Below, piece after piece: positions 1-13,321 of a stretch of 64,000 bases of DNA. Numbering within the stretch: position 1 is the first letter of the stretch; each line of letters opens with the position of its first letter. This stretch comes from Lepidodermella squamata (Eukaryota; Animalia; Gastrotricha), in contig JBLDXI010000012.1 in assembly GCA_047495785.1 (NCBI GenBank), forward strand, positions 496,001-560,000, read 5' to 3'. A program made the position numbers and the translations under genes. The notes below the pieces were generated by a model. It was not told the DNA's origin, searched no databases, and saw only the letters and a list, made by a program, of their open reading frames with translations.

Positions 1-1299
1 CAGTCTCGCATGAATCCACCAAGTTGCAACGAAGCGTAGCCTACAATGTTAGGCAACGAAATTAAGCCAATAGCTGGGCCAACCAGGTCAATGCCTACAA
101 CTAGCCGAATCCCGGGGAACAAACTGACAATAATAGCCGACCAAAGAAACCCTACAATCGCGCTAGTGGCTACCATGGATGAATAGTCGGTGAAAAGAGG
201 ATAGACTGCGAATAAAATCGCGAGAAGAGCTAACGCTAATTGGTTCATGTGGTGAGGATTCATGATTTTGAAGTGTAAAACAACGCCAAGAAGAACGCGA
301 CTGATAATTTCCCCAACCCCAGAGACCGTCGTTAAAATAGCCTGGTCAAAGCGGTCTACAATGCCCCGGTCTTGGACATGGGCCTGTTGGTACATGATCC
401 AATTAATGAGAGAGGAAATTGCGGCGAAATACGCAAAGTAGAAGACAATGAGGCGCTTCGTGTTTAGGCAAGCTTTATAGCGCAGTAAAACTTGTTTGCA
501 GCAATAACAAGACTCGGCATTTGACGTAGAATCGCTGTCTTCTTGCTCTACTGTAATCACCTGCTTTTCGCTGTCAGTTTCACTTGGCGGCTCGACTCTG
601 AAATTGACGGAATAAAGAGATAAGATTATTTTACCATAGGGTTATACGGGGCTTACTGGGGCGTAACTTTATCAGGGTTGCGAAACAACGTTCCGGATAT
701 GAATAAATGAAGGTAGAAGCACGCGAGGATTAACAGCGAGCCAGATAGGCCGTAATTAGAGATAGCCAATTGCATGATAGGCGGCATAATTAGCGGGCCG
801 AACGACGCGCCGGTGAGGCCGAGCGCTGACGCGATGGCGATTTTCTTGTCGAAATACCGCGGAATCATTTGCGAACTTGGATTCAGTGTCATAGCCGAGC
901 CGAGACCGACGAGCAACCCGTACGTGCCCGTCAGATCGCCGATTGATTTGGCGAAAACCGATGAAACAGCCCCGGCGACCATGACAAACGCGCCGACGAG
1001 TACAACTGGACGCGAGCCGTATCTCTCCGCCAAAAACGAAAATATTAAGGCTGAAAAAAAAAGAAATTTTTTTAAACTTGTCTAACAATGCGTGATAAGT
1101 GCTTACAGGTAGCTGTTTCGGCGGTTCGCTGAGTAAAACTGACAATGGAAGTCATAGAATTGGTCGCATTGTACTGTTCGCGAAGGTAGACAAAGAAAAC
1201 ACCGTTTTGTTTACTAGTTCCAAAAACGCATGTTGACGTGATGAAAAGACCGAAAACGATCGCCCAACCGTAGCCGCCGTCGGGGCGAGCCGTGGTCAT
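1..1299 (-). CDS. SLC16/monocarboxylate transporter (MFS) paralog C; spliced, 3' end runs off the window
   Basis: N-terminal MCT signature PDGGYGWAIVFG. Later exons encode ERYGSRPVV and PRYFDKKIAIASALGLTG. Hydrophobic TM segments continue to base 1. Confidence 0.9.
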
Positions 1300-1493
1300 A
1301 TCAACTCAACGATAAATACCTAAATAATAACACAAAATATCAACCAATTTCCAGCAACCGAAAAACAATTTTTAGTACCACTCCAATAAATTTTTGTTTT
1401 AAAAATAAACGATAAAAATTATTTCGGTTTCAAAGTCGGTAGGAAAGAGGGTATTGGCATTGATTGCGCAAAGAAAGAAAAACAGAAAAAAAA

Positions 1494-4400
1494 CTATGGA
1501 TCACGTTTCACAACAGGATCAGATCTGTCATTGATATGAGCAGCAGTTTTCTTATTATGATTGGAACACTTCGAGAATTTGTGAAAAATAGAATCTTCTC
1601 GTATCCATGCAATTAATTCAATGGCGGTAATGCCGAGGACCAGCATACCTGCGCATGCATAGTAAACAAAAACGAAAGAACCGGTTCGGTCACGGATGTA
1701 ACCGCTCAGTTGAACGGAGGCGTAGGCTAGGAAAACAGGTAGACATAACAGGCCGAAAGCTGGACTCGTAAGTTCAATGCCGACGACCATTCGCAGCATT
1801 GGCACGATACAGACTACAATCGACGACCAAATAGCAGCCGCGAAACCGCAGCAAATCGCAATTACCCAATAATTTCCAACGAAAGGATATAGACTTAGTA
1901 GGATTAGGAAACAAATTGAAGCAATTTGGTGCACGCGGTGAGGTGATATTATGCCAGACTGGAGAAGCATACCTGATAAAGAAATTGTTTAAGGTAGATT
2001 AAAACAGACAATTTGTACTCATTACCAAAACTCGCTCTTGAAATGAGTTCGCAAACGCCCCAGATAGCCGTGAGGGAAGCTAACTGCGTCGGATCTAGTA
2101 CGCCGCGATCTCTCGCGTAGGATTGTTGATAAGCGATAAAATTTGTCGACGCCATTGTCGCGGTCATGTACGCAAAGAAGTAAATGAAGAGGCACTTGTG
2201 CGAAAAACACTTCTTATAAATAGCTAGCATTTGACCCAGCGAGATAGGCGAAGTCTCGTTTTTGACCGGTTTACCGGTTTCAGGTTCACTGTTATCAGCG
2301 GCGTTATCGCTATTACCAGGTTTAATTTGCTGGACTTCTTTATCATTCGTGACTAAAAGTGGCTCATCGTATTGCGCCATTTTACCGCGCCTGCAAAACA
2401 AACCAGGAAAAAAATTGTCTAGGCCACACCTTTCGACCGACCATAGACTAATAATAGGAGACTGGACACTCTTGACATTGCAATAGGGCGCGCCAGCTGC
2501 ACCTACTAAAATAAAGACTGCAGCACTAAATTTAGAGCTCCAGCACTAAATATGACGTTCTTACTAATCCCATTTAACAATAAAAATGCAACTCTAACAC
2601 TAAATATACAAAGCCACCACCTAATTCAAGGAATGTCATCTTGCCTCTCTAGCGAGGCTTAACCCTTTCACGGCGGGAAGAACGATTTCGGAAGTTCGGC
2701 TTTGCTAATTCACAGTTCCATCAAACTGACGAATTCTTCCATCATATTTTAACATTTCAAACTGATGCACGTTTTTCTTACGTTTTTTCATCTAAATAAG
2801 TTTTGATATCTTTATCCATCTTTTTTCATCTAACCAGACTGGAAAACGCAGTACGGGTCTAAATTAACCCTTCATACAATCAGGATCGGGGCTAAACTTG
2901 TTTTTTTTATTTTAGTAGCTAGGTCTAATGAGTTTTATCCCATTTTACGCATCCCAGCCGCCGGGTAGACTTTATAGTTGATTTTTTCGCTCTGGTCCCG
3001 GATCAAGCCATTTTAGCAGTGATTGAGCGGCTCTCATCGAATCTCTCTCGGCAAAGCATTTAAATTGGCAAAATTAGGGGTGGAACTTGACAGGAACATC
3101 CCAGGACATTGGGACAATACTTAGGAGGAATAATTCCAACTTTAAAGCGAAAAAAAATGATTTTACCTGAGTTATTGAAGGGTCGAATCCCTGGTTAGAT
3201 GCAAAAGATATTTTCCGAATTACACGAAAATTTCCAAAATTATCAATTTTCAGGACAAAATTCTGGTTAGATGAAAAAGACACAGCCCTGATTCCTTCCT
3301 TAATTTGCTGGAAAATTAAAAAATTCGATTTTTTTGCTTGGCTGAAAAAAATTCCGCCGTGAAAGGCTTAACTGTTAAGCCTTTCACAGCAGGAATAGGC
3401 CGTGAATGCTGATATTTAGTGCTGGAACTAAGATATAGGTGCCGAAATGATTTAGTGAGAGCGGTTTGCAAATTAGGTAGCGCACCCTCAAATTTAGTGC
3501 TGGAACATCATTTTAGGTGGTGCACTTATTTATACCCATTGCGCAATACTGCCGAAATTATTCAAATTTTCAAATCAAAATTCCTCCTTGAGCACATTTT
3601 CAAGGAAATTTACGAATTTTAATATCCAGGCGTAGCAACGACAATTTTCATCGGCTGTAGAGGAGCCGTGGTCATAAAGGGCAGTAGCTCATGCTCTATT
3701 CAACCATATAAATTTTAAAGCTGTATCGTGATATTTCACCAAAATTCACCGCTTTAAAAACTTTGAGAGCCTGCATCGCAATTTGCCCTACCTCAGATTC
3801 CAGAATGGTACTAATGATGATTTCGGCAGTATTAATTATGCGTGAGAGTCCAGACTATTATTATTTGTCTATGCGACCAATAAAAACTCACCGATGAAAA
3901 AACGAAGGAGGTCGCATGAGAACCGCTGCGATGAAGACGTGCATGTAAGCTGCGGCCAGCACGATAAAAGACCCTCTTAGACCGTATTCTAAAACTGCGA
4001 ATTCAATCATGAACGGGAAAAGCAACGGGCCGACTGAACCGCCGCAAAACGCAAAAGCCGATGCCATCGCCAATTTTTTGTCGAAATACTTCGGAAGCAT
4101 TTGGGCACCCGGGTATGCTGTCATCGAGGACCCAAGGCCGACCAATACGCCAAATGTTAAAGTGAGTTCAAATATCGAAGTAGCAAAGGCCGACGCTAGA
4201 GCTCCGGCGACAAAGACAACGCCACCCATCAACATAATAGGCCTACTTCCATACCGCTCAGCCAGAAATGAGAAAATCAGTGCTGAAAAAAATCAAATTT
4301 TACGTTATTCAAGATGCATCAATCCTGCATACCTGTGGCTGTTTCTGTCAGCCGCTGAGAAAGTGATATCGTTGCAGTTTCAGCATAAGTTGCGTTGAAT

Positions 4401-4576
4401 GCGTCTTTAAAGTAAACAAATAACACGCCGCTTGTCTTTGATGTGCCGAAAACACAGATGCCGATAAGAAATTGAGCTGGAAAACACGATCATTATGTGA
4501 GGTTGAATTCTAACAGAATTTAGTATATACCAGCGACAATAGCCCAACCGTATCCGCCGTCTAGCCGCTCATGCAT
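1494..4576 (-). CDS. SLC16/monocarboxylate transporter paralog B; spliced, with a 1.5 kb intron at 2391-3891
   Basis: ATG at 4576 gives MHERLDGGYGWAIVA. ORF 3888-4235 contains PKYFDKKLAMASAFAFCGGSVG. The phase-2 donor at 3891 joins the acceptor at 2391 in frame (HRRGKMAQY). The last exon contains GYIRDRTGSF; stop at 1494. Confidence 0.88.
2481..3541. mobile_element. Degenerate non-autonomous DNA transposon with inverted subterminal repeats, inside the SLC16-B intron
   Basis: CAGCACTAAAT at 2521 and 2541 is mirrored by ATTTAGTGCTGG at 3414 and 3492. The ends are imperfectly inverted (caat...tgcacc..ctaaaat / attttaggtggtgca...attg). Confidence 0.55.
2663..3367. mobile_element. piggyBac-like non-autonomous element (TTAA target duplication) nested in the element above
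   Basis: TTAA at 2659-2662 is followed by CCCTTTCACGGCGGGAA. The right end TTCCGCCGTGAAAGGC is followed by TTAA at 3368-3371. A further partial end (TTAA-GCCTTTCACAGCAGGAA) starts near 3375. Confidence 0.7.
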
Positions 4577-4920
4577 TTAGGCCTGGTTATATTTTAACCG
4601 ATCTAGCGATTACAAAAACAAACAGTTTCTCAAGGGTTTTATTTGAACGCTCACTCCAAGTGTTTTTATAAAACTCTGTTTGAAGCGAAATAAGCATTTT
4701 ACAACTCTGAAAGCAAGAATCTCGACCAATGAAGGCAATGAATTTGAGAGATGATCGCGAGATAGGCCTCTCTTATTCAATAAAATTTCGTATAAATGTA
4801 AGAAAAAACAATTCTGTTAAAGCTTGAGATGTTTAATGATAAAATCATCTTTGAGCAAGAATTATAAGCAATTAGAATTGAGACAGGAAATCACAAATTT
4901 GAGCAATGTCACAATTAAAT

Positions 4921-7542
4921 TTAGATGTGGTCACTGTCGAAGCTGGACGGGGCAGACTGCTCGGATTGGCCTCTTTGCAACATTTCAATTACTTCGTCGG
5001 TAAATGATTTCGGATTTTTCTTTTGCAGGCCGGGAACTTGAAGCAAATTTTTGTCGGCATTTGAAGGTTCAGCTTTAGAAAAGGACTCCGATGTTACATG
5101 GCTACCATTGTGGTTGCTGAGCAAAGTCTCGGTGACAATTGCACCTTCGTGTTCCACGTCAGGCACGTCTTTTTCCGAACAGAAGAAGCACGCCCAAAAA
5201 GGCAAGTGCTGGTGATGGGATAAAAAGCCGATGAACTGGAAATTGATCGTGGAGATCAACAGAGCGATTGCAGCCATGTAAAACGCGGGTACAAAACTTC
5301 CGGTGTAATCGCGAATCGCACCGCCAATTTGAACTGAAACGATGCCAAGTCCTACCGGGATGACCATTAGGCCTTGGCCTAGAGCAGCCATGTCAATGCC
5401 CAAAAATTCCTTCAAATTCGGCATCGAGGTTACGACGTTGATTGAAAACACTGATGCAACAAAACAGTTGTACAAGACAAGAACCGGAAATGAGGTCATG
5501 AATGGGTAGGTGAAAATCGCTAGAGCCATTAACGTGCAGGCAATTTGGTTCCAACGGTAGACTTCCATCCAATTTCGTCCGATAATAAAACCAAGTGAAA
5601 GACGACTAGCCAATTCAGCAAAGCTGCTGGCTACAATCAAGAGGATCTGTCTGAAGCTGTCATTATAGCCGACGTCGTGAATATAAGCTTGTTGAAAAAT
5701 GACCCAGAGAGACATGCCGAACGAATGCAGAAAATTTGAGAACGCCAGCATCAAGAAAAGTCTATCGCGCACAATCGTTCGGTATTTCTCGATGAGAGCT
5801 CGAAATATGCTCGGGCTTTCATATTTCGTCACATCGTCGTCCTCAATCTGATGATCAGACGATTCAGAGTTATCAATCGTAGAAGGCGGCGTAGGTTGAG
5901 CAAACGCGGGAGGAATGCCAACAACTGAAGTAGCTCTGGAATCCATTAATCGGGAGGTTCTTCTCAATGCGGATTTTGAGCCCAATTGAGAGTGCATGTG
6001 ATTGAACGGAACGATGCTTAGCTGCCGGTTAATCGCTGCTACGTGTTTTGAACCAGCCATGGACATGTTGTCCATGATGGCAAAACTAACAGCCAAGTTC
6101 TCAACCGCAGCGACACTAGTAACCGATCCTACAGAAAGTTGACTTTTCAAACGGCGCATACGCAGGTTCTCAGTAGTAGTAGAAATGTGACGATGCGGTT
6201 TGTCGTAATTTGTCACTTCTTGGCCCTAAAACACATGCAACAATAAATAAGGAATGGGAAATATTGAAATACCAACCTCGTGAACAATTTCCGACGACGT
6301 GGATTGTAGTTTCACCGTTTTACGGCGTTTCCCAACGCTAGTTGGCGAGGCCATCGCGGAAGCTGAGGTTGCTAGCGCTGGTCGAGGATATGTTTGGAAA
6401 CCAGTAAGAGTTGCATCGTCGATAGATTCGTTCCTCCTGATTGATTCATTTTCGCCTGTAGGTTCCGAACTATTAGTATGTTCATTGCCCATACAACTGC
6501 ATGATGACGTTTTGTGAAAACACTGACTAACACTTCGACAAGGGCTGGTTTACGGAAGAGAAATGAAAGTTGGTCATATTTCGAAGCGGCAAAACAATTC
6601 TTACCATTGATGATCAGCATTTTGCAAGTCTTGCTCGTCCTCTTCAAGAATAACATTGGGATCAGCCAATGCTTCGATGTCATCTTCAGGTATTTCTACG
6701 GGCAGGTAGAGCGGACGCAAAAGGGCAGCGGCGATAAAGACGTGCAATAAAACAGCAGCAACAATGAAAAAAGCGCCACTGAGACCATACCACTCGACGG
6801 CCACAGACAAAATATAAGGAACAGTTAAAGATCCCACTGGAGTGCCACAGTAAATGAGGGCAGTGGCAATTACTAAGCGTTTTTCGAAGTAACGCGGAAG
6901 CATTTGAACAGCAGGATAATTGATCATTGAAAATGCCATGCCACATATAACGCCATAAGTTAGCGTGATAACGAAAATATTAGGGGCAAATGCAGACAGC
7001 ACCGCGCCAATAGTCACTGTGATGGCGCCACAAAAGACAATAATTCTCGACCCGTACCTTTCAGCCAGAATGCTCCAGATTAACGCTGTATTAATGAGGC
7101 ATGAGGCACGAGTTAAGATTTTTCTATCTGCTAATCTTACCAGTGATTGTTTCCGATATTTTTTGAACGAAGGTGATAGATGAAGTAGCCGAATTGGAAG
7201 CCCCGAACTTCTCCAAGAAGTAAACAAAAAACAATCCATTAGCTTTTGTTGTTCCAGCAACGCAGACATAACACAGAAACGTTGCTGAAAACAGAAAATT
7301 CATTACGTAACTAGTTATGATATTGCGGCTTTAAAAATAAGATTTCTCATAGATCCCAAAAACTTGAAGAAGAAACTTCAGGATATGAAAGATTTGAAAC
7401 GAATTTGCATACAAAATGTCCCAAAATCTTGCCTAATTTATAGAAGACCGCGATAAAACCTACCGAATACGATTGCCCATCCATAGCCACCATCCGGCCG
7501 CACATAAGAGCGCGGCGCTATCGCGCAAGGATTAGATTTCAT
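4921..7542 (-). CDS. SLC16/monocarboxylate transporter paralog A with a long cytoplasmic loop; spliced
   Basis: ATG at 7542 gives MKSNPCAIAPRSYVRPDGGYGWAIVF. Later exons encode AERYGSRIIV and PRYFEKRLVIATAL; the last exon contains GGAIRDYTGSF. Confidence 0.9.
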
Positions 7543-8126
7543 GTTAAATCACGTCCTATCTGATGTGCAATTGATTAATACTAGCAATAAAACCCGCATT
7601 TAGGTCATGAAGAACATAAGAAAGCTGACAGATAACTATTCATCAATTCACCAAGCCACATATACAACGACAGCAGACGTACAGCATACCGATATTAGGT
7701 TTAGGCGATCGGTCTTGCGGTCAAAGGGCGAAGTAGCGGAACCGCATCAACCGTAGACTGAACACCCGTTGCCACCCAAGCACACTTTTGTGAAAAAGAT
7801 ATATTTATTCAAACAAATCATAGCATGTTAAAATTAAAAGTCTAACGCGCTTTTCATAAAAATTACCATGTTTGCAAAATAATACTTGCGAAGAATTAAT
7901 GGAATTGCGCGCGAAAATAAACCACGATCGTCGTGGATGATGAAACCTGGACGAAAAGGTCGGCTCTATCTTCCTGTTAAACGTCGAAGGTGTGTTTTGA
8001 CGGTGCATTTGTTTGCCACCTAAAATCCTCCCTGAATCATCTCGAACGATTTTAATCCGATCTTTAGGTGGAACCGATTGACCGACTGATTTATTAAGTA
8101 TATATTGCTCGTCTGAATCCGTATTC

Positions 8127-10107
8127 ATGAGTACGCAGCAGTCGAATGAGAAAGATTTCCTGAATCAACGTGCTCGACTTGACGGCGGTTATGGTTGGTG
8201 CGTCGTGTTTGGTGAGTTGTTACTTACCGTCTTCAGCTGTGGAGATTCTGTTTCTTTAGCAATTTTCACATGTCTGGTGTGCGTTAATGGCTTGCAGAAA
8301 GCGAATGGACTCTACTTTATCTTCTTTATGGATCGGTTCGATGCATCTGCATCCTGTGTCTCGGCAGTTCTACTTGCTCAAAAATTGGCGGAGCTGGCCA
8401 CAGGTACTTCTTTTTACTCATGTTCCCTGCAGTTAAGTCGATTTGCATTCAGCTCTTCTGTGGAGCATACTAGCCGAGAGATACGGGTCTCGTTTGATCG
8501 TGTCATGTGGTGGAGCTCTCGCTACTGTTGGCTTGGTATCTACTGCCTATGTTGATTCAATATTAGCGCTAACAATAACATACGGCTTATTATGCGGTTT
8601 GTTCTTACTTGCTGCCGTTTTCTATCACACATGGCTGCATTTGAATTATCAGGAATGGCATTTCCCATGATCGTTTTTCCAGCATTACAAGTTCTTCCTC
8701 GCTATTTCGATAAGCGCCTTGTGATGGCTTCAGCAATTATTTTCTGCGGACAGTCTCTCGGTTCCATCGCTGTTCCTGCTTTAGTGAGCATAGCTGTTCC
8801 TTTTTACGGATTGAATGAATCCTTCATCATTATTGCTGCGCTATTCATGCACGTCTTTGTTGCTGCTGCATTGCTGCGACCTATTGGTCTGAACCGGCAA
8901 GAAATGATATCTACTTCCGAACGAGTGCTACCAAAAGTTATTTCTGTGAACAAAGATGCCTTTCCCGAAAAGCAAGATACTAACCAGAAGAGGTTTTACT
9001 CGCGGTGAAGTGCCTTCTCGCATGATTCTTTGTTATTTAATTTTCAGTTATTTTCGGAATTTGAGTATTCATGATCAAACTTCTTCGCCCGCTCGCAGAT
9101 CTGCCACAAATGAACTTCAACTTACCCCTCATAGCATGCATAAGACCTTGGGACTTCGTTCAATTTCCAGAATTCTATCTGAAGTGAGAATTCAACTGTG
9201 TTATCATTAAATCTGATACAATTATCTGTAGATCGCAGTCGAATTAACCACTGATCGTGACTTGAGTAATTTATCGGTCGCATGCTTGTCAACTGGAATA
9301 CCTGCCCCCGCTCCTCCCATAGCTCCGTCAGTACCAGAATTGCTTGAAGCCGAAATTTCCATTGTGCGCCAACGCAACGATCTGAACGCGTTTCAAATTG
9401 TCATAGGGAAGTATCGAGATGTCGTTTGTGACAAAATGTTCCTGTTATTATCGCTATCAACTTTCATTCACTCTTTCACCATGTCTCTATGGGGCACCTT
9501 TCAGCAGGCATACGCCAAAGATGTCGGTTTCGGTGCCGATAATCTCCAACTGTTTCTAATCGTCATCAGCAGTTGCGCGGAACTTGCCAGCAGGCTCGTA
9601 TTCGGTGTCATTATAAGCCGAAACTGGCTTCAATCATACCAATGGAATCAGCTGACTTGCGTGTTCACCGGGATACTTATATTCACCTACCCGTTTGTGT
9701 CGTCTTTCACAGCCTTGGTGGCTATTAACTGCCTGGTGGCTGCCATATTTTCGATTGCCGTTGTCACAACGATGCAGAACTTTTCAGTATTTTTAGGCCT
9801 TGAAAAGGCGCCTATTGGCCTAGGGTTGATGGTTGTGCCCAATGGTCTGGGAATGATGTCAGTTCAGATCGGCAGTGCTTTGCGCGATGCTACTGGAAGC
9901 TATCATGGGGCCTTTTACATGGCTGCATCTGTATTGCTGTTAAGCGCAGTCAATTTCCAAGTGCTACATCTCTGTCACTCGAAACGAAATTCGAAAGCGG
10001 CTAAACCGCCGGAAGCCGGCGTGACTACGAACGAAAACGTTCGCTTTACTGATAAAATAATTGCAACTCTTCGTGAGTCACAGAATGAATCTGCCGGCGA
10101 AATTTAG
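8127..10107 (+). CDS. SLC16/monocarboxylate transporter paralog D; spliced, divergently oriented from A
   Basis: LDGGYGWCVVFG, AERYGSRLIV, PRYFDKRLVMASAII, GSALRDATGSY. Most similar to paralog A (shared ELASRL and [FW]xIFQQAY-like segments). Confidence 0.9.
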
Positions 10108-10315
10108 CTTGCCACGATGCTGTAGAGGCAAGTTTCCGGAGGTATTCTGATTTGAGGTTTTAAACTTTGCTCTTTTTTGTAAATCTGCAATTGTGATATT
10201 TCAGGCTCTAGATCTTTCGGCTATCTATTTATTTGTTGATGTTCTAGCTTTACATTTGTAATATTTATGTGTAATATTTTTAAATTTTGCTCATGATCAA
10301 TAGACATTTAAAAAG

Positions 10316-10905
10316 ATGGCTGAAATTGGAGATAAGCCGAACCCTAACAATCCAATTGTTTTCTTTGATGTGGCTATTGGCGGCTCTGATGTCGGTCGCA
10401 TAAAAATGGAGCTTTTTGCCAATGTTGTTCCAAAAACAGCTGAAAATTTCCGCCAATTTTGCACCGGTGAATATCGAAAGGATGGCGTACCTCAGGGCTA
10501 CAAAGGCGTTACGTTTCATCGTATCATCAAGGTATTTGAAAAAAACATTCAAGTAAAATATTTTAAGCTCGAATTTCGTAGGATTTCATGATTCAAGGCG
10601 GGGACTTCATTCATCATGATGGAACTGGTGTATCTAGCATTTACGGCGGTCCGTTTTACGATGAAAATTTTACGCTGAAACACACTGGCCCTGGAATTTT
10701 ATCGATGGCCAACAGCGGCAAAAACACTAATGGTTGCCAGTTTTTCATTACCTGCACCAAGTGCGAATTTTTAGATGCAAAGCACGTCGTATTCGGCCGT
10801 GTCATCGAAGGTCTAATAGTCGTGAGAAAAATCGAGAATGTTCCCACCGGTCCAAACAATCGGCCTAAACTCCCTGTCATAATAAGTCAATGTGGTGAAC
10901 TGTGA
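10316..10905 (+). CDS. PPIH: Peptidyl-prolyl isomerase H (U4/U6 snRNP cyclophilin); intron 10532-10581
   Basis: NPIVFFDV...[32 protein letters not shown]|[41 protein letters not shown]. Confidence 0.95.
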
Positions 10906-10995
10906 TTTCATTCCGTTTTCTGCTTCAATTTTTAAATAGTTTCCGTTGAAATTTTTTGTATTTTTCGTATTTAGATTTCTTATTACTTGAATATT

Positions 10996-12235
10996 ATGGC
11001 GTCTCAAACGATCGCCCCCTTAATATGCGGCATTCAGAATTACGCATGGGGTAAAAATGGGAATGACGGCGAGGTTGCTCAACTCGGCGTTGCTGGTGGC
11101 CATTTGAAGGAAACATCTGATAGCAAGCCGTACGCTGAATTGTGGATGGGCTCGCATCCGAGCTGCCCATCTAAATTCACCGATGGAAAATTATTAGAAT
11201 CTTGGCTTAAAGAAAACGGTTCGTCGAACGGCCAGTTGACCTATTTATTCAAAGTTCTGTCCGTTCGCACTGCTCTATCTGTGCAAGTTCATCCAAATAA
11301 GGAGGAAGCAGTGAAATTGCACGCGGCCAGGCCGGATTTGTACCCTGATCCGAACCATAAGCCTGAAATGGCTATTGCGCTCACACCGTTTGAAATGATG
11401 GCATTTTTCCGCCCAGCGAAGCGAGTCGCGGAATTCTGCCGTAAATACAGGCCGTTGGCTGGCCTTTTGGGCGCAGAGGCGGTTGCTGGTCTGGAAACAT
11501 CAAGCGATGCCAGCGCGGCTCTTAAAACTGCCTATTCCACTCTCTTCAAGGCTACGGACGATGCGGTGAAATCGGCCTTGAAAGAGCTGATTGCGAATAT
11601 CAGCGTCGCTGGTCGCAGTCTTAGTAAGTTTTTCATTAAGCTGCATTTTCTTAAACTTCGAATTTGTTATCTCAGCTCCTGAGGAGGATCTATTTTTGCG
11701 CTTGAATCAACAATATCCCGGCGATGTTGGATGTTTCAGTCCGTTTTTCCTGAATTACATTACCCTTAAGCCCGGCGAAGCGATTTTCTTGGAGGCCAAC
11801 ATGCCACACGCTTACATTTTCGGTGATTGTATGGAGTGCATGGCGTGCAGTGACAACGTCATCCGTGCAGGGTTGACCCCGAAGTACAAGGACATTGAAG
11901 CGCTGTTGACGCATGTCAACTACAGCCTGCAGGTCGATGGACCTGGTAAACTGTGCCAACCAAGCCCTGTCAAACCGGGTGATGAATCTGTCGTTGAATT
12001 TGTTCCGCCTGTTTCCGATTTCAAAATTGTCCGTTTCGAAGCAAAAGCTAATGGCAAAGTTACGATTGGCCCGTTCAAGTCTCATGCCATTTTCGTCGTT
12101 ATTAACGGCGCGGCTAATATTGCGGGACACGGCTCAGTCAAGCGCGGGTCGGTTTATTTTGTATCTGCTGGAAGCGAGGTTGCTTTTGAAGCAACGGAAG
12201 ATTTCGCTGGATTCGCCGCTCTCAGCAATGATTAA
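10996..12235 (+). CDS. MPI: Mannose-6-phosphate isomerase, type I; one short intron ending at 11675
   Basis: QNYAWGK, PYAELWMGSHP, LFKVLSVRTALSVQVHP, YPDPNHKPEMAIALT, PHAYIFGDCMECMACSDNVIRAGLTPK. Confidence 0.96.
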
Positions 12236-12448
12236 GCTGAGAATAAAAATTGCGAACTCAATATAATGAACTACATGTACTAACTTATGAATTAAACAGT
12301 GTGAATTTTCCGGTTACCGGTCACAAATATTTACCTGATATTTTTTCGAAAATTTAATTGTTATGAGGTATATAACCATCCCGTTCTTCCACTGAATGAA
12401 AGTGCTAAAATGATGTTTTTATTTTCTACTAGATTATTTTTATCTATA

Positions 12449-13146
12449 ATGGTAAATATTGAGCTGGAACAAGTGCCTTGTCCATCAGAGGACAATGTAA
12501 TCCTAAAGTGCCCAGGTACGAGAGCTTTCGTTGGGCAGCAAGAAATCGGAAATGGTCAAGGAGGTGATTTGTTTGTCGCGAACGAGTAAGATTTCGCAAT
12601 TTTTAATTAAATTTTTAATATTTATTTACAAAACAGCTGTGTATCTTGGATTGATTCTGCTGGAAATGGGTTCGCTCTCGTTTATCCCACAATAGCGTTG
12701 CACGGAACCTGCCGTGATTTAACAGCTTTCCCACATCCTTGCATCTATCTCATGATTGACGGTAAATTACCAGGCCTTGTTCCGAATAACCAAGTTCGCG
12801 AAGCTGCCGACAGCGAGGATGGCGATGATGACGAAGAAAGCGAGGTTGATTTCACCGAGGTTCGATTCGTTCCATCTGTCGAACTTGGACCTACTCGTAA
12901 TTAACTTTATTTTCAAACTTATAAATAGTTAATTTTTTTTAAATTTCAGTGGAAGATTTGTATGGCGCCTTGTCGCGTGGCCAATCTTTGAATCCGGACC
13001 CCAACGACGATAATTCGGACGATTCCGAAGAAGGCGCAGAGTACGACTGCGAAGAGGGAGACTGCGAGGATGAAAATGGAAATGGCCACCAATTCGACGA
13101 CCACGACGAGGACGAAGGCACAAATGGCCATCATATGGACCAATAA
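12449..13146 (+). CDS. CLNS1A: Methylosome subunit pICln; three exons
   Basis: GFALVYPTIALHG..RD..FPHPCIYLMID, an acidic tract, EVRFVP, then LYGALSRGQSLNPDP followed by a second acidic tract. Confidence 0.88.
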
Positions 13147-13321
13147 AAATCTATGCTCAACTTTGTTTTTTTTGAGAATTTTTCTCTCTGGTCAACGAGT
13201 CACACATTATTCCGGTCTGTCAAGAGATTGACGCTCTTTATTTGCCACAACAATACAATTTAATCGGTCAAAATAAAATTTAATAGCGAATTTTGATATA
13301 AAAAGGCACTCGCGAGTTTTT

